Notes under the pieces: generated by a model
Database searches by the model: none
Told to the model about the DNA's origin: nothing
The model's input: only the letters and a program-made list of their open reading frames with translations
Program-made: the position numbers and the translations under genes
DNA from: a virus
Taxonomy: Duplodnaviria > Caudoviricetes
IMG/VR virus record: IMGVR_UViG_2895427314_000003
Coordinates: 24,745 to 88,744 of that record
Reading direction: 5' to 3' (one strand)
DNA length: 64,000 bases
Shown here: positions 26,240-35,716 of the stretch, in pieces
Layout of the letters: the number at the start of each line of letters is the position of its first letter
Position numbering within the stretch: position 1 is the stretch's first letter

Positions 26240-27784
26240 GTGGCCATGCCCCTGCCTGTCTCGGACATGACGGCCTCGGATGAGGCGCGCAAGGCGGTCA
26301 ACCTACTGAATCGGCTCGCCGACGAGCTGCGCAGGCGGGAGACGGAAACCACGCGGCGGCTTGACTACTACAAGGGCAAGCACAAGCTCTGCTACGCCTC
26401 CCCGGAGTTCCGCGACTATTTCGCGGACCGGTTCAAGGGGTTCTCCGACAACTGGACCGCGCCCGTGGCGGCGGCGCCGGCCGAACGCATGAACGTGCTC
26501 GGGATCCGGCTGGACCCGGACGAGCGCACTGCGGACAAGGGTCTGTCGGAGGCGTGGAAGGTCGCCGACTGCGAACGCACCTCATCCGAAGCGTTCGTCG
26601 TCACGCTGGCTGCGGCCCGCTCGTACTGCCTGGTGTGGGGCAACCCTGCCAACGAGGAAGAGCCGCGGGTGACGTGGGAGCGCCCGGATCAGGCCATCGT
26701 GGGTTACGACTCCGACACCGGGGAACGGTCGGCGGCGCTGAAGCTGTGGGCGGACGACACGCTGGAGTACGCCACCTTGTACACCCGCACCGAGGTGTGG
26801 AAGTTCTCCAGGCCGCGGTATGCCCGCACCGGGTACAGCGTGTCTGGGCTGATCGTCCCCGCGGGGAGCGACGTGGTGCGGAACGCGGGCCCGTACGGCT
26901 GGCAGCCGCGCCAGGGCGACCTCGACACCACGTGGCCGATCCCGAATCCGATGGGTGTCGTCCCGATGGTGGAGCTGCGGAACCAGACGCTCCTCGACGA
27001 TGAGCCGCTGTCCGACATTTCGGGTGTGATGGCCATGCAGGACGCCATCAACCTGACCTGGGCGTACCTGATGAACGCCTTGGATTTCGCGAGTTTGCCG
27101 CAGCGGGTCGTCATGGGCGCGGACGTGCCCAAGGTGCCGATCCTCGACGACAGCGGGCAGAAGGTCGGTGAACGCCCGATCGAGTTGGACACGCTCATCA
27201 ACGAGCGGATCCTGTGGCTGACCGGGGACGCCAGCATCGGGTCGTGGCCGGCAGCGGATCTCGCGGCGTACAGCAACGTGATCGAGCGGGCGATCGAACA
27301 CATCGCCGCCCAGACCCGGACCCCGCCGCACTACCTGATCGGCAAGGTCGCCAACCTGTCCGCTGAGGCGCTCACCGCAGCGGAGACCGGCCTGGTGTCG
27401 AAGACGGGCGAGCGGATCGTCTACGTCAACTCCTCCATCCGCGAGATCCACTCCCTCATGGCCAACGCCATGGGCCACGAAGGCAAGGCCAAGGCGTGCC
27501 AGCGCGGCACCGTCATGTGGGCCGATACCCAGTTCCGGGCGCTCGGCCAGAAGGTTGACGCGCTGATGAAGCTGAAGACGATCGGCTTCCCGCTGCCGTG
27601 GATCGCCGAACAGTACGGGCTCGAACCGCCTGAGGTGGAGCGGGTCATGCGCATGGCAGAAGAGATGGCGCAAATGGACCCGATCAACCAGGCGATGAAC
27701 GGCGGCGTCCAGCCGATCGCCGCCACCTCGGCAGCAGCGCAGGGCGAGGACCTGGCTGAGGTCGCGCCGGAACCGGTCAGGTAG
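26240..27784 (+). CDS. Portal protein (SPP1-like)
   Basis: 514 aa after terL; DYY.G.H..., NW...V....ER, PQR...G, TPPHYL, NLSAEAL.AAE..L..K. Confidence 0.92.
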   Translation: MAMPLPVSDMTASDEARKAVNLLNRLADELRRRETETTRRLDYYKGKHKLCYASPEFRDYFADRFKGFSDNWTAPVAAAPAERMNVLGIRLDPDERTADKGLSEAWKVADCERTSSEAFVVTLAAARSYCLVWGNPANEEEPRVTWERPDQAIVGYDSDTGERSAALKLWADDTLEYATLYTRTEVWKFSRPRYARTGYSVSGLIVPAGSDVVRNAGPYGWQPRQGDLDTTWPIPNPMGVVPMVELRNQTLLDDEPLSDISGVMAMQDAINLTWAYLMNALDFASLPQRVVMGADVPKVPILDDSGQKVGERPIELDTLINERILWLTGDASIGSWPAADLAAYSNVIERAIEHIAAQTRTPPHYLIGKVANLSAEALTAAETGLVSKTGERIVYVNSSIREIHSLMANAMGHEGKAKACQRGTVMWADTQFRALGQKVDALMKLKTIGFPLPWIAEQYGLEPPEVERVMRMAEEMAQMDPINQAMNGGVQPIAATSAAAQGEDLAEVAPEPVR

Positions 27785-27787
27785 CCG

Positions 27788-28819
27788 GTGGCGACCCCGC
27801 AGGAGATAGCGGTCGCCCACCAGCAGCGCCAGCGGAGCATCATCCTGGCGTTGATCGCGATGATTCTCGGCTGGTGGCGGCGCCTCGACCGGGCCAGGCT
27901 GACGGAGTCGTGGCAGGCCGGTGTCGGGCCGTCGATTGTGCAGACGATGGCCAGAGCCCAGACCGACATCGCCTCACTGGTGCCGTTCTACCTGCGAGAT
28001 GTGGCGCAGGCTCAGGGCATCGAACCGCCCGAACACGAGGTGGTGCCGTCGGCGTTCTCCGGCGTCGCGTCGGATGGCCGCCCGCTGGAGTCGTTGATGT
28101 ACCAGCCGGTCATCGCGCTCAAGCGGCTCCTAGCCGAAGGCGTGCCGATCGACGAGGCGATGCGCCGGGCGACCGCCCACCTGGCGATGATCGCCGCCAC
28201 TCAGGCGGCCGACGCTGGCCGCGGCGCTGTCGAGGCCGGCATGACCGCGAACCGGCAGTGGGTCATGTACGTGCGGGTGGTGAACCTGCCCGCCTGCTCC
28301 AGGTGCATCATCCTGGCGGGCCGCGTGTATTCGCACTCGACAGGCTTTCTGCGCCACCCGAACTGCGACTGCAGCATGATGCCCGTCACCGGCGACGACG
28401 TGGCCGTCCTGTCGCCGCGAGAGCTGTTCGAGCAGATGTCGGAAGAGGAGCAGGACCGCCGTTTCGGTAAGGCCGGCGCCGAATCCATCCGTCTCGGAGC
28501 CGATCTCGGCCAGGTCGTCAATGCCCGCCGCGGAATGCAGCAGGCCAGCGTGTTCGGCAGGCAGACGCTCATCACGACCGAAGGCACAACGCGTCGCGGC
28601 GTGGCCGGACGTCGGCTGATCGAGCAGGGCGCACCCACCGTACGGGTGGTCGAGGAGTTCGCCACTCGCATCACCAGGCAAGGCCGCGAGCAGCGGCAGG
28701 TCCGACGGGAGCGAGTCCGCACACCGAGGCTCATGCCTGAGGCGATTCTGCAGGCCGCGAACGGCAACCGCGACGAAGCGATCCGGCTCCTGCAGCGCTT
28801 CGGATTCATCACCAGCTAA
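27788..28819 (+). CDS. Minor head/capsid maturation (MuF-like) protein
   Basis: YVRV....ACSRC.ILAGR.Y....F.RHPNCDC. Confidence 0.85.
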   Translation: MATPQEIAVAHQQRQRSIILALIAMILGWWRRLDRARLTESWQAGVGPSIVQTMARAQTDIASLVPFYLRDVAQAQGIEPPEHEVVPSAFSGVASDGRPLESLMYQPVIALKRLLAEGVPIDEAMRRATAHLAMIAATQAADAGRGAVEAGMTANRQWVMYVRVVNLPACSRCIILAGRVYSHSTGFLRHPNCDCSMMPVTGDDVAVLSPRELFEQMSEEEQDRRFGKAGAESIRLGADLGQVVNARRGMQQASVFGRQTLITTEGTTRRGVAGRRLIEQGAPTVRVVEEFATRITRQGREQRQVRRERVRTPRLMPEAILQAANGNRDEAIRLLQRFGFITS

Positions 28820-28902
28820 CCGGGCCTCGCCGGGGTTTGGCAGTCCCTACACCCCTGCGCAACGCCGGGGCTTCACCTTCACCCGCAACGGGAGATACCC
28901 GC

Positions 28903-29742
28903 ATGACCGACCTCACCCTGCCCTTCCACCCTCGTACCGGCCTTCAGGCGATCGGGCTCCGCCGCAACGGTGTGCCGATCTGGCCTGTGCTCGGCGGGGC
29001 GGAAGACGACGACGTCATCGTCTCTGACGCCGACGACGACGCTGCCGACGCCGGCATTGGCGACGACAGCGATGACGATTCCGGCGATGGCGACGCCGGC
29101 GCGCCAGACGACGGCAAGGACGATGACTCCGACGACAAGCCGCTCGGGCCGAAGGGCGAGAAGGCGCTCCAGGCGGAGAAGGACCGGCGCCGGGAAGCGG
29201 ACAGGCTGCGCAGGCAGGCGGCACGGGAACGCGATGAGGCTCTCGCCGAACTGGAGCGGCTGCGCAAGGCGGCCGAGCAGAAGCCCGCCGACGGCGACAC
29301 GGCTGCCGACAAGGGCCCGGACCTGGACGCTATCCGCAAGGAAGCGGAGGAGCAGGCCAAGGCCGCGGTCAAGGCGGAAGTGCTGAGGGACCGCGTCAGC
29401 GACAAGATCGAAGTGATCGCCGCCAAGCGCGCCCAGGACCCCGACGTGGTCCGCACGCTGCTGCTGGCCGGCAACGAGATCGCAGACTTCCTCGACGGCG
29501 ACAAGATCGACGCCGAGGCCATCAAGGAAGCTCTCGACGAGCTTCTCGAAAAGAAGCCCTACCTGGCTGTGGCAGCGCAAAGCGCCAAGCGATTCCAGGG
29601 CTCAGGGGACGGCGGTGCCCGCAAGGGGCCCCAGAAACCGGCCCAGCTCACTCAGGACGACCTCCGCCGGATGTCGCCCGAGCAGATCGTTCAGGCGCAG
29701 GACGAAGGACGTTTCGACGACCTCATGGGCCTGACGCGCTAG
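28903..29742 (+). CDS. Capsid scaffolding protein
   Basis: Acidic linker, LG..GEKALQAEK..RREA coiled coil, precedes major capsid. Confidence 0.85.
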   Translation: MTDLTLPFHPRTGLQAIGLRRNGVPIWPVLGGAEDDDVIVSDADDDAADAGIGDDSDDDSGDGDAGAPDDGKDDDSDDKPLGPKGEKALQAEKDRRREADRLRRQAARERDEALAELERLRKAAEQKPADGDTAADKGPDLDAIRKEAEEQAKAAVKAEVLRDRVSDKIEVIAAKRAQDPDVVRTLLLAGNEIADFLDGDKIDAEAIKEALDELLEKKPYLAVAAQSAKRFQGSGDGGARKGPQKPAQLTQDDLRRMSPEQIVQAQDEGRFDDLMGLTR

Positions 29743-29764
29743 CTCATCAACAAGGAAGGCTGAA

Positions 29765-30637
29765 ATGTCCATCAGGCGTTTTGTGCCGGAAATCTGGAGT
29801 GCGCGGCTGCTGGTCGCCCTCCGGAAGCGGCTCGTGTATGCGGGCCCCGGCGTTGTGAATCGCGACTACGAAGGCGAGATCGCGGAGGCTGGTGACACGG
29901 TCCGGATCACGTCGATCTCCGACCCGACCGTGGGGACCTATGTTCCGAACGTCACCTCGATCACTCCGGAGGAGCTGACCGACGCTCAGCGCACTCTGGT
30001 GATCGACCAGTGCAAGTACTTCGCGTTCAAGGTCGATGACGTGGACGCCCGGCAGGCCAAGGGCGACGTCATCCCCGAGGCGATGTCGCGGGCCGCGTAC
30101 AAGCTGGCCGACGTCGCGGACCAGTACGTGGCGTCGCTCTACACCGGCATCCCTGCGGCAAACGTCGCTTCCGCAGTGACGATCGACACGTCCAGCCCCA
30201 CCTCGTGGGCGACCGAGTCGGCGAAGGCGTACAACGACGTCCTCATCCCGCTCAAGGTCAAGCTGGACGAGGCCAACGTGCCCACCGAGGGCCGCTACTG
30301 CGTCGTCCCGCCCGTCTTTCACGGCGTGCTGCTGCGCGACGACCGGTTCATCCGGCTCGACGCGTCCGGCACCACCGAGGGCCTGCGCAACGGCATGGTC
30401 GGCCGGGCCGCTGGCTTCGACATCCTCGTGTCGAACAACACGCCGGTCCCGGGCGCGAACCAGAACGTCGTCACCGCGGGCATCGACATGGCGATCTCCT
30501 TCGCCGAGCAGATCAACAAGACGGAGGCGTACCGGCCCGAGGGCGGCTTCAGCGACGCCGTCAAGGGCCTCACGCTGTACGGCGCCAAGCTCGTTCGCCC
30601 CGAAGCGCTCGCGTCCTGCACCGTCACCACGGGCTGA
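29765..30637 (+). CDS. Major capsid protein (P22 gp5-like family)
   Basis: F.PEIWSA.LL..L...., NRDYEGEI...GDTV.I, D.VKGL.LYGAK..RP. Confidence 0.92.
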   Translation: MSIRRFVPEIWSARLLVALRKRLVYAGPGVVNRDYEGEIAEAGDTVRITSISDPTVGTYVPNVTSITPEELTDAQRTLVIDQCKYFAFKVDDVDARQAKGDVIPEAMSRAAYKLADVADQYVASLYTGIPAANVASAVTIDTSSPTSWATESAKAYNDVLIPLKVKLDEANVPTEGRYCVVPPVFHGVLLRDDRFIRLDASGTTEGLRNGMVGRAAGFDILVSNNTPVPGANQNVVTAGIDMAISFAEQINKTEAYRPEGGFSDAVKGLTLYGAKLVRPEALASCTVTTG

Positions 30638-30652
30638 TCGGAGGAATGAATC

Positions 30653-31033
30653 ATGGCTCGTACCGCTGTGACCCCGCGCGCACTGGTCGCGAACGGGGGC
30701 CTCAACGGCGCCACCGGCGCCACCACCATCGACTCCACCCTCGTCACCAACGGCGTCGTCATCAACAGCGCCGATCCGGAGCACATCCTGATCCGGGTGA
30801 CCAACACCGAGGGCTCGACGAACGTCGTGACCGTCCGCGCGGGCGACTACCCGCCAGCGTGGGCGGCCGGCCAGGGTGACCTCGCGGTCACCGTGGCGGC
30901 CACGACCGGCGTGCAGTTCATCGGCCCGTTCGAAAGCGGCCGGTTCCTGCAGGGCAACGGGTCGATGGAGATCGACTTCGAGACCGGCATGACCGGCGCC
31001 ATCGACGTCCTGCTCATCCCGAGGGCCACCTGA
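30653..31033 (+). CDS. Putative head decoration protein
   Basis: Directly after capsid; beta-rich; paralog of 33192-33524. Confidence 0.65.
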   Translation: MARTAVTPRALVANGGLNGATGATTIDSTLVTNGVVINSADPEHILIRVTNTEGSTNVVTVRAGDYPPAWAAGQGDLAVTVAATTGVQFIGPFESGRFLQGNGSMEIDFETGMTGAIDVLLIPRAT

Positions 31034-31350
31034 TGGGTGACCAGCCGACCGGATGGTTCCGCGGGGAGGGCGGTGTCATCTGGCCGATGACGCTGCCGCT
31101 GTCCGAGGTGATGGCCGAGAAGCTGGTCAAGGGCTATCTGACGCGGGTGAACGCCGACGGCACCCCGTACGTGGATCCCGGCGCGGAAGGCGAGGACCCC
31201 GGCGAGCCTTCCGCTGAGGAGGCGCCGCCAGCGAACGCCAACAAGGCGGCGTGGATCGGCTACGCGCACCGCGTCCACGGCGTTCCCCTCGACGAGGCGG
31301 AAGCCCTCACCAAGCACGACCTGATGGAACTGTACGGCTCCAAGAGCTGA
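31033..31350 (+). CDS. Small head-region protein with C-terminal helix-extension-helix-like motif
   Basis: PPANANKAAWIGYA...AEALTKHDLMELY. Confidence 0.7.
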   Translation: MGDQPTGWFRGEGGVIWPMTLPLSEVMAEKLVKGYLTRVNADGTPYVDPGAEGEDPGEPSAEEAPPANANKAAWIGYAHRVHGVPLDEAEALTKHDLMELYGSKS

Positions 31351-31361
31351 GGAGGTAGTTG

Positions 31362-31934
31362 ATGCCTCCTCTCCCTCTGGCGTCCCCTGCTGACGCTGCC
31401 AGGCTCGGCTACTCGCTCCCTGCGGGGCGGGAGATGGAGTTCCTGGCCCGCGCCTCCGCCCGGCTGCGGAGGGAGGCAGGTCGTCCCATCTCCTCCACCG
31501 TCTCGACGGTGCGCCGGCGTGTCGACGGCGGCGCGGTCCTGCTCCCCGGGGGGCCGATCACCGCCGTGGCCACCGTCGCACGGCTGGCCGAGGACGGCGG
31601 CGCCACCCTCACCGGGTGGCGGTGGGACGGCATGGAGCACATCCACTGCATCCCGCTGGCGAGCGGGGACGTCAACGTCACCTACACGCACGGCCTGACC
31701 GTCATCCCGGACGAGCTGCTCGACCTCGTCTGCTCCGTCGCCTCACGGCTGTCCGCAACGGACGAAGCCGCAGGAATGGAAGCCGGCATCAGGTCGGAGT
31801 CCATCGACGACTACCAGGTCACCTACGCCGCCGAAGCCGTAGAGACGGCGTCCGGCCTGCTGCCGGGTGAGTGCTCGTCCCTTGCTGGGTTCCTCGGTTC
31901 GGCACCGGGCGCGTACGTGGTGAGGCCGCGGTGA
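31362..31934 (+). CDS. Head-to-tail adaptor
   Basis: LAS..D...L..., V.VTYTHG...IPD....LVC.VA.R, ESIDDYQVTY. Confidence 0.85.
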   Translation: MPPLPLASPADAARLGYSLPAGREMEFLARASARLRREAGRPISSTVSTVRRRVDGGAVLLPGGPITAVATVARLAEDGGATLTGWRWDGMEHIHCIPLASGDVNVTYTHGLTVIPDELLDLVCSVASRLSATDEAAGMEAGIRSESIDDYQVTYAAEAVETASGLLPGECSSLAGFLGSAPGAYVVRPR

Positions 31935-32323
31935 GCGTCTCCGGAGTCCTCGCCCGAGGGCGCGCGGCAGCACTGCAGTTGATGCGGGACACCTGCACGG
32001 TGGAACGCAAGTCGGGGGAGCCGGTGCTCAATGAGGAGACCGGCCTGCTTGAGCAGTCGTGGAGCACCGTCTACACAGGTGCCTGTCGGGTCAAACCGCG
32101 GACCTCGAGAGAGGCCGAGTGGGGCGAACGCGAGGTCAGTCTGGGCTCCTACATCGCTGTACTGCCGTGGGACACCACATCGGAAATCCAGCGGGAGGAC
32201 CGGCTCCGTGTCACTGCTTCCGATGACACCTGGCTGATTGGGCGCGACCTCGAAGTGGTTGGCATTTCCCTCGCTGGGACCGCCACGGCCCGGCGGCTCC
32301 TCGTCGAAGACCGGGAGGGATGA
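31931..32323 (+). CDS. Head closure/stopper protein (DUF6093-like)
   Basis: LMRDTCTVER...VYTG.CRVK...D...V. Confidence 0.85.
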   Translation: MSVSGVLARGRAAALQLMRDTCTVERKSGEPVLNEETGLLEQSWSTVYTGACRVKPRTSREAEWGEREVSLGSYIAVLPWDTTSEIQREDRLRVTASDDTWLIGRDLEVVGISLAGTATARRLLVEDREG

Positions 32324-32326
32324 ACG

Positions 32327-32704
32327 TTGCTTAACTGGGACACCTCCGAGGCCGAGAAGCTGGAATCCGATCTGCTCGAATCAGCTGTCCACGCCCACAT
32401 TGGGGCGTCGGACGTCGTCCATGAGCAGGCCGTCAGGTTCCGCAACGACTGGCGAGACAACGCCCGCAAGTCCGCAGGCAAGCATGGCAAGCACTACCCA
32501 TCGTCAATCACCCTGGAGCAGGTCGGCGGTGAGGCTGTCTACGAGGTCGGCCCCGACACAACGTTGCCTCAGGGCGGGATGGGTCGCGGCTTCGAGTGGG
32601 GCGGCGTCAACCAACCTCCCCACAACGACATGGGACAAGCCATCGTTGCCGTGCCCGACCGGTTCGAGGCCGCAGTGAAGACGTGGTCGGAGAAGCTGCT
32701 GTGA
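32327..32704 (+). CDS. HK97 gp10-like tail completion protein
   Basis: Position; GKHYPSSIT...EVGPD...QG.MG..FEWG..N.PPH. Confidence 0.75.
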   Translation: MLNWDTSEAEKLESDLLESAVHAHIGASDVVHEQAVRFRNDWRDNARKSAGKHGKHYPSSITLEQVGGEAVYEVGPDTTLPQGGMGRGFEWGGVNQPPHNDMGQAIVAVPDRFEAAVKTWSEKLL

Positions 32705-33117
32705 CCGCGACAACACTCGACTCCAGGCCGCTCGTCCTAGCAGTTGTCGCCATGCTCGACGCTGCGTTCCCGAACACCATCGGCATCTACTGGGGTGGCG
32801 CTCCAGCCGGGGCGGCGCGACCGTATGCGGTCATGTACCCCGACATCGGCATGGAATCCACTGCGGACAGGGCCTTGTCGGATGACGTTCCGAACGATCT
32901 TCGCTTCCAGATCACGTCAGTGGGAGATTCGGCTGAGCAGGCGCTGCTCGTCGCAGACAAAGCGAATCGGGCGCTGCTCACCAGCTTGCTGACAGTGCCT
33001 GGTCGCCGGGTGAGGCCCATCCGGCAAGAGGCGGCACAGCCGGTCCGCCGCGACGACGAATCCAGCGCGCTCTGGCTGGCCACCGCCCAGTACCTGGTGC
33101 GCTCCGACCCCACCTAA
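32701..33117 (+). CDS. Tail terminator protein
   Basis: Position; PYAVMYP...RFQITSVG.S.EQA..VADKA. Confidence 0.8.
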   Translation: MTATTLDSRPLVLAVVAMLDAAFPNTIGIYWGGAPAGAARPYAVMYPDIGMESTADRALSDDVPNDLRFQITSVGDSAEQALLVADKANRALLTSLLTVPGRRVRPIRQEAAQPVRRDDESSALWLATAQYLVRSDPT

Positions 33118-33191
33118 CCCTTCCTCCGCTTTCTCGTAGCCCGCCACCCCCAGGTGACCGGGCTCTTTCGCATGCCCGAAAGGAGCCCGTA

Positions 33192-33524
33192 GTGGCTACC
33201 CGCACAGCTCAGGCGGTCACGGTGGCTGGCGTCACGCCGACCTACCACGCAGCGACCGCCACCACCGGGGACAAGGTCCTCGCCGACGGCAGGACGTTCA
33301 TCCACGTCAAGAACGGTTCCGGCGGGTCGATCACCTGCACCATCTCCGGCGCCGGTCAGACCGCCTACCTGGTGGACAACCCCGACAAGGCGTACACGAT
33401 CGGCACCGGCGCCGAGATGTGGATCCCGATGCTGCCGGAGTTCGGCGACCCGAACGACGGACGGCTGGTCACGTTCGTCTGCTCCTCGGTGACCAGCGTG
33501 ACTTTCGCGGCGGTGCGCATCTGA
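33192..33524 (+). CDS. Small structural protein, paralog of 30653-31033
   Basis: DG..FIHVKNG...ITCTI...D..YTI...WI...F....G.... Confidence 0.65.
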   Translation: MATRTAQAVTVAGVTPTYHAATATTGDKVLADGRTFIHVKNGSGGSITCTISGAGQTAYLVDNPDKAYTIGTGAEMWIPMLPEFGDPNDGRLVTFVCSSVTSVTFAAVRI

Positions 33525-33730
33525 TGGCCCGCCCCACTGTCCTCGTCCGCTCCAGGATCACCGGCCACACGGCGCTGGTTTCGCCGGACGCCCTGCGCCA
33601 CTTCCCCGACTTCGAGCCGGTCGACGCCGCCACTGACGCGCCGTCAACGGTTCCTGCGCCGCCGTCCGAGGCGGACACCCCCAAGCCCACCACGACGCGC
33701 CGCGCCGCGGCCAAGAACGACGAGGAGTAG
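33524..33730 (+). CDS. Small tail-region protein
   Basis: TGATG overlap; basic/Pro-rich tail. Confidence 0.6.
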   Translation: MARPTVLVRSRITGHTALVSPDALRHFPDFEPVDAATDAPSTVPAPPSEADTPKPTTTRRAAAKNDEE

Positions 33731-33733
33731 GCC

Positions 33734-34222
33734 ATGGCTGGCGCCGACCTGTTGGGTGATGGCAACGTCAAGGTGACGTTCTGCCTCACCATCGCCAACG
33801 TCAACGCCCCGACCGCCGCAGAGCTGAACGCGGGCGTCGACTTGCAGGAGTTCATCACCAAGGACGGGCTCGGCATCTCCCCCGAGCAGGCAGCGGTGGA
33901 CAACACCGCGCTCGCGTCCCGCGATGAGACCGAAGACGCGGGAACGGTCAAGTACTCGATCGAGCTGACCGTCAAGCGCAAGGAGATCGCAGCCGAGGAC
34001 ATCGGCTGGAACACGCTGGTGGACCGGCAGCTCGGCTATCTCGCGGTGCGCCGCAACATGGCCCACGAGACCGCATGGGCAGCCGACCAGAAGGGCGAGG
34101 TGTACCCGGTCCGCTGCGGTCGGCCCAACATGCAGCCGCCCGAGCTCAACGCGGCGCAGCGGTTCGTGTCCAAGCTGTTCAACCACACTGCGGCTGACGC
34201 CGACGTGACGGTGGCCGCGTAG
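33734..34222 (+). CDS. Major tail (tube) protein
   Basis: DGNVKV.F...IANVNAPTAAELNAG.DL...IT.DG. Confidence 0.9.
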   Translation: MAGADLLGDGNVKVTFCLTIANVNAPTAAELNAGVDLQEFITKDGLGISPEQAAVDNTALASRDETEDAGTVKYSIELTVKRKEIAAEDIGWNTLVDRQLGYLAVRRNMAHETAWAADQKGEVYPVRCGRPNMQPPELNAAQRFVSKLFNHTAADADVTVAA

Positions 34223-34746
34223 TGGCCAGCATCGACGACCTGCTCGGGCAGATGCGTCTGCCCGAGCGGACCTTCAACCTGTGCACGAGGGCGGACCTTC
34301 AGGGCGAGTGGGAACAGGCCGAGCAGACGCTCGCCCGCGCCGAACTGCAGGCCCGTGACTCGCTGGTGGGCAACTCCGCTGAGGTGCGGGAACTCGCGTC
34401 CCGCGTCCAGGACTTGGAAGCGGAGATGGCCGCCCACACGGTGGCGATCAAGCTGCGGGCGCGCACCCACAAGGAGTGGATGGACCTGCTCGCCAAGCAC
34501 CCGCCACGCGAGGGCAATGACAACGACGGCGCCTTCAACAGCGCCACGTTCGGGCCTGCTCTGCTGGCGGAGTGCGCGGTCGATCCGGTGATGAGCGAGG
34601 AGCAGGCCGGCAAGCTGGTCGACTCGATGAGCACCGGCCAGTGGAACGACCTGTTCAACACGCTGTGGGGACTCAACCGGTCCGGTGTTGACGTCCCAAA
34701 ATCCAGGAGAGCCTCCGAAGCTCTCCAGAGCTCGCCGAAGAAGTAG
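34222..34746 (+). CDS. Tail assembly chaperone (gpG-like)
   Basis: Follows tail tube; slippery heptamer near 3' end. Confidence 0.85.
   Translation: MASIDDLLGQMRLPERTFNLCTRADLQGEWEQAEQTLARAELQARDSLVGNSAEVRELASRVQDLEAEMAAHTVAIKLRARTHKEWMDLLAKHPPREGNDNDGAFNSATFGPALLAECAVDPVMSEEQAGKLVDSMSTGQWNDLFNTLWGLNRSGVDVPKSRRASEALQSSPKK
34695..34701 (+). other. Programmed -1 frameshift site C CCA AAA
   Basis: In-frame X XXY YYZ; -1 frame reads IQESLRSSPELAEEVALAAAYRVPRSMLLG... into the 34767-35117 ORF without a stop. Confidence 0.85.
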
Positions 34747-34766
34747 CGCTTGCCGCGGCGTATAGG

Positions 34767-35117
34767 GTGCCGCGGTCGATGCTGCTGGGCCGTCAGCGCC
34801 GCTCGGTCACCGTGTACGAGTACGAGGACGGGCGGCTGGCCCGGTCAGTCACCACGCACGACGCCGAATGGCTGGGCGAGGACCTCGGCTATGCGAAAGG
34901 CCAGCGTCGTAACGACCTGGACAAATGCCCTGGGTGCGGACTGCCGCTCAGCGAGACCACCGACCCGGAGAACGAAGGCCGATACGAGGCGCCGCCCCCG
35001 ATGCGGTGCCACGCCTGCACCCCGCTGGAGCACCGGAAGGGCGAGTACACGCAGTCGCCGCCCGGGTTGCTGTTCAGGGTGTACTTGAAGGTGAAGAAGA
35101 CGCTGGCCAGGACGTGA
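34767..35117 (+). CDS. Tail assembly chaperone C-terminal part (gpT-like), likely made by frameshift
   Basis: CPGCG..L.ETT...C.AC; no RBS; continuous with -1 frame of upstream gene. Confidence 0.8.
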   Translation: MPRSMLLGRQRRSVTVYEYEDGRLARSVTTHDAEWLGEDLGYAKGQRRNDLDKCPGCGLPLSETTDPENEGRYEAPPPMRCHACTPLEHRKGEYTQSPPGLLFRVYLKVKKTLART

Positions 35118-35588
35118 CTACTCCCAGCCGGCGCACTCCAAGACCTTCTCTGGGTTCGCGGCGATGCACTCCTGCAACGCCTTCTGCCGGTCCGCGTCCG
35201 ACTCCGCGGACTCGGTTGCCCACATGTACATGAGCAAAGCCACCGGCAAGGACAGCATCGCCAGCACCAGCCCGGTCACAGCGAACATCGTGCCGCCCTG
35301 ACTTCTGGCGGCCAAGGCGATGATCGCGAGGACCGCGGTGACCAGCCCGACCAGCAGGCCGATCCCGCGCAGCGGGGTGGCGGCCAGGATGATCGCGACG
35401 ATGCCGAGGGCGACCGTCGTGATGGCTAACCCCTGGCTGCGTTGCGCTGCACGGTGGTTCGCCGGCACGGGCGTGTAGGACGGCTGCTGCTGTGGCGCGT
35501 ACCGCTGCCCGTACGGGTTCGGCGGCGGCTGAGGCGGCCCGTACGGCTGGGATCCGGGCGGCTGCTCGCCGTATGGCCATGGCTGCAT
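35118..35588 (-). CDS. DUF4190-like membrane protein (antisense moron)
   Basis: Pro/Gln/Tyr-rich N-terminus, GLAI..V.LGIVA..., three hydrophobic segments, C-terminal Cys pair. Confidence 0.8.
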   Translation of the reverse strand: MQPWPYGEQPPGSQPYGPPQPPPNPYGQRYAPQQQPSYTPVPANHRAAQRSQGLAITTVALGIVAIILAATPLRGIGLLVGLVTAVLAIIALAARSQGGTMFAVTGLVLAMLSLPVALLMYMWATESAESDADRQKALQECIAANPEKVLECAGWE

Positions 35589-35716
35589 TGTGTGGCTCCT
35601 GAGGCAGTAGATGGGCGCGCAGTAGACGCGCCGGAAGGTGACGCGGTTTGCACCGTGCCACGACGTGATGCATGTAGGCCACTTCTTCGGCCGGGATTGG
35701 GCCCCTTCGATCGGAG

